Shown: positions 61,130 through 64,000 of the stretch, piece after piece
How positions within the stretch are numbered: position 1 is the first letter of the stretch
Layout: each line of letters opens with the position of its first letter
Source of the DNA: Alphaproteobacteria bacterium
GTDB lineage: Bacteria > Pseudomonadota > Alphaproteobacteria > M2410
DNA length: 64,000 bases
Direction of reading: 5' to 3'
NCBI GenBank assembly: GCA_965248915.1
Contig: OZ252216.1
Coordinates: forward strand, 2,857,807-2,921,806
Translations under genes and position numbers: made by a program
The notes under the pieces: model-generated
Seen by the model: the letters and a program-made list of their open reading frames with translations, nothing else
Told to the model about the DNA's origin: nothing
Database searches by the model: none

Positions 61130-62119
61130 GTGGTAAAGCCCAACCGTCCCACCGTTAAAGAACTGATCGAAGGCGTGCGTGCAGGCGACCGCTCCCTGCT
61201 CGCCCGCGCCATCACCTTGATCGAGTCGAACAATCCTGAGCATGCAGGGGACGCTCAAGAAGTCTTGGTGGCATTGCTTCCAGAAACCGGCAAAGCCCAC
61301 CGCATCGGCATCACCGGCGTGCCCGGCGTTGGCAAGTCAACCTTCATTGAGGCTTTCGGCAAAAACTTGACAAAGCAAGGCCACAAAGTCGCCGTTCTCG
61401 CCGTCGACCCCACCTCAAGCCGCACTGGTGGATCGATCCTCGGTGACAAAACGCGCATGGGCACCCTTGCCGCCGACAAGGACGCGTTCATCCGCCCCTC
61501 GCCATCGTCCGGCACACTCGGCGGCGTCGGCCGCATGACCCGCGAGACCATGGCGATTTGTGAAGCGGCGGGCTTTGATGTTGTGTTGGTGGAAACCGTC
61601 GGCGTCGGACAGTCTGAAACCGTCGTCGCCGAAATGGTCGATTTCTTCTTGGTACTGATGTTGCCAGGCGCTGGCGATGAACTTCAGGGGATCAAGAAAG
61701 GCGTGATCGAAATCGCTGACATGATTGCGGTCAACAAGGCCGATGGGAACAACGGCCCTCGCCGTGCCCAAGCCGCGATGCGCGAATACAAAACCGCCCT
61801 TGACATCATGACACCCCACTCGCCCAATTGGCGCCCGCCGGTGGTCACCTGCTCGGGTCTTAAGAACACAGGTCTCGACGAGATTTGGGCCAAGGTCGAA
61901 GAACATCGCGCCACCTTGTCAAAGTCAGGCGAACTCGCGGACAAACGCACAAGCCAACAGATCCGCTGGATGTACGCCATGATCGAAGACCGGCTCATGG
62001 CCCGGGTGCACGGCAACAAGAAGATCGCCGCGCGTCTGAAAGCCCTCGAAGCAGAAATCTCCGACGGCAAAACCACCCCCACCCTGGCAGTCAAAGAAGT
62101 GTTGGGAATGTTGGTATAA
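61130..62119 (+). CDS. meaB: Methylmalonyl-CoA mutase-associated GTPase MeaB (ArgK)
   Basis: P-loop GVPGVGKST; NKAD G4 motif; VETVGVGQSE switch region. Confidence 0.9.
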   Translation: MVKPNRPTVKELIEGVRAGDRSLLARAITLIESNNPEHAGDAQEVLVALLPETGKAHRIGITGVPGVGKSTFIEAFGKNLTKQGHKVAVLAVDPTSSRTGGSILGDKTRMGTLAADKDAFIRPSPSSGTLGGVGRMTRETMAICEAAGFDVVLVETVGVGQSETVVAEMVDFFLVLMLPGAGDELQGIKKGVIEIADMIAVNKADGNNGPRRAQAAMREYKTALDIMTPHSPNWRPPVVTCSGLKNTGLDEIWAKVEEHRATLSKSGELADKRTSQQIRWMYAMIEDRLMARVHGNKKIAARLKALEAEISDGKTTPTLAVKEVLGMLV

Positions 62120-62139
62120 TCTATTTGCCGGTGTTCAAT

Positions 62140-63237
62140 TCAGGTATTCGACCGAACCACCGACCAAACTGCCCCAATGATCGAGCTCGCCGGATGTTTG
62201 CTTTCATTGCTGAAAACGACAATAACGATACCTAGTTCTGACGCCCAAAAATAACCAGCTTCAAAAACATCATTGGCACCAAAAGACACTGCGTATGGGT
62301 CACCGGACTTGAATCTTTCAGAGAAATAGCTGTGATACGACTTCAACCCCTTGCCGCCCACCAGCTTGCCTGAACCCAAGGCATCAAACATCTTTGCCAA
62401 GTCGATTGCATCTGAATACATGCCGCCGGACCCTCTAAGAATCCACGAAGGGCCGTCCGATTGCCATGGCCAATCCAGTGTCGTACCCCAACGACTTCCA
62501 TCAATGTACCCAACCGCTACATCGTCTCTTCCATATCCCGGAATGAGATATCCTGTCCGTGTCATATTGGCTGGTTTGAATATGTTCTCAGAGATATATT
62601 GCTCATATGGCAGTCCCGACACCTCTTCGATGACGACAGCCAGCAGTCCATATCCAAAGTTCGAATACAGCTCGTCGCCCTCCGGCACGCTCTGAAGTTG
62701 TGACATCAGTGTTCGATGCACGAGCTGTTCTTTCGATATCATTATCCCGTCAATTTCAGGTGTGAAAGGGATGGGACGAAAATTCTCATCAACAATATCT
62801 GCTAAACCAGAAGTGTGTGTAAGGATGTCAACGAGCCGAATGTCTTTCTTGTCATCCGGTACGTTTGGGAAATGTTGGTCCAGCCTGTCTTCGACACTCA
62901 GAAGACCCCTTTCATCTAATTGATAAACTGCAAGAAACGTCATCTCTTTGACAAGAGATCCAATGTCATATGGTGTATACGGCGTATTACGCTCATGCGC
63001 CTCACGATCAGCGAACCCGTACCCTCGTTGAAACAGAACCGATCCATGTTGTTTGACCACCACGACGCCCGATCCACCCTCAGCTTCCCAAGACAGGAGT
63101 TTTTCGTTCAGTGTCGATTCCAGGTCCAAAGTATGATTCGAGCCCACGCTTCGACAAGAAATAGGGATCGAAACAACAAGAAGAAAAGTCGCGAACCTTG
63201 ATATCATCTCATTCATCAAATCAGTTCCATCTGCCAT
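62140..63237 (-). CDS. Serine hydrolase (beta-lactamase family)
   Basis: Signal peptide. Class C beta-lactamase-like SxxK (SLVKEMT) and YSN motifs. Confidence 0.7.
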   Translation of the reverse strand: MADGTDLMNEMISRFATFLLVVSIPISCRSVGSNHTLDLESTLNEKLLSWEAEGGSGVVVVKQHGSVLFQRGYGFADREAHERNTPYTPYDIGSLVKEMTFLAVYQLDERGLLSVEDRLDQHFPNVPDDKKDIRLVDILTHTSGLADIVDENFRPIPFTPEIDGIMISKEQLVHRTLMSQLQSVPEGDELYSNFGYGLLAVVIEEVSGLPYEQYISENIFKPANMTRTGYLIPGYGRDDVAVGYIDGSRWGTTLDWPWQSDGPSWILRGSGGMYSDAIDLAKMFDALGSGKLVGGKGLKSYHSYFSERFKSGDPYAVSFGANDVFEAGYFWASELGIVIVVFSNESKHPASSIIGAVWSVVRSNT

Positions 63238-63472
63238 GCGTACAAACTATGAAATTGCCAACCATAAGGAATCTTGCTCACGTTCAATAGAAGCTCGAGG
63301 TTTTTCAAGACCCTGCATATCGACGAAACCCTTCTCAAAGGGCCCCTGCCCACAGGAGTATCATGACATCTAAGCTTGCCGCCAAGTTTTACGGAGCAAG
63401 ATGGCGGTCCCCCTTGCCCACACCCCCTCCCTCGCCTACCTTTCTTGACAAAAGAACGAGAGGGAGAGGCCC

Positions 63473-64000
63473 ATGACCGCGCCGTCACAAGAACTCATGG
63501 CTAAGATCGCGAGCATCGTCGGGGAAAACGGCGTGATCGAGGACGAAATGCGCGGCCCCGGACCCATCGTGCGCCCCCACAACACGCAAGAAGTGGCGGC
63601 CGTTTTAAAACTTTGCAATGACGCCGGTCACCCCGTCGTGCCCATGGGCGGCAACACCACCATGGTGCAAGGCACCCACCGGATGTTGGATGAGATCGCG
63701 ATATCCTTGGAGCGCATGAACGAAATCGAAGAGATCGATGAAGCCTCGCGCACCATGACCGTCGGCGCCGGCGCCATTTTGCAAACCGTGCAAGAAGCTG
63801 CCGCAGAAAAGAATTTGCTCTTCGCCCTCGACCTTGGCGGACGCGGGTCCGCCACCATCGGCGGCAACATTTCCACTAATGCCGGTGGCAACCGCGTCAT
63901 CCGCTACGGCATGGCCCGCGACATGGTGCTCGCGGTAGAAGCGGTACTGCCCGACGGCACTATTCTGCCCATGCAAGGCAAAGCGCTCAAGAACAACACC
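63473..64000 (+). CDS. FAD-binding oxidoreductase (GlcD/D-lactate dehydrogenase-like), 5' partial, runs off window
   Basis: FAD-binding PCMH-type domain motifs (VVPMGGNT...GGNISTNAGG); RBS GAGAGGG upstream. Confidence 0.75.
   Translation, partial: MTAPSQELMAKIASIVGENGVIEDEMRGPGPIVRPHNTQEVAAVLKLCNDAGHPVVPMGGNTTMVQGTHRMLDEIAISLERMNEIEEIDEASRTMTVGAGAILQTVQEAAAEKNLLFALDLGGRGSATIGGNISTNAGGNRVIRYGMARDMVLAVEAVLPDGTILPMQGKALKNNT

Overview
This 64 kb window reads as chromosomal DNA from an alphaproteobacterium; overall GC is roughly 57-60% by eye. It is mostly housekeeping and envelope genes. They include a GldAFG-type ABC exporter with a DUF4340 partner, a tesA/ybbA/ybbP-like GDSL-esterase and ABC pair, thpR, an LMW phosphotyrosine phosphatase, and two tandem lepB paralogs. 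Also present are phhB, rlmN, argG, folD-yggU(DUF167)-yggT, tRNA-Ala(CGC), plant-type gshA, an ArnT/GT2/GtrA glycan-modification cluster, an S9 peptidase, and the methylmalonyl-CoA mutase genes mcmB-mcmA with a displaced meaB. The main hunt result is two small, lower-GC single-gene cassettes, one carrying a Fic AMPylase and the other a non-specific DRGH endonuclease. Each is flanked by a direct repeat made of the 3' end of the adjacent host gene, each repeat starts exactly at that gene's stop codon, and no integrase is visible. The Fic cassette sits at the edge of a ~5.6 kb lower-GC accessory island at 27.2-32.8 kb. That island holds two paralogous unknown membrane proteins, a frameshifted GST, a GFA protein and a DinB/YfiT protein. 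No CRISPR array, rRNA or recognisable transposase is present. Functional calls rest on recognised motifs and domain-family recall only, since no searches could be run.
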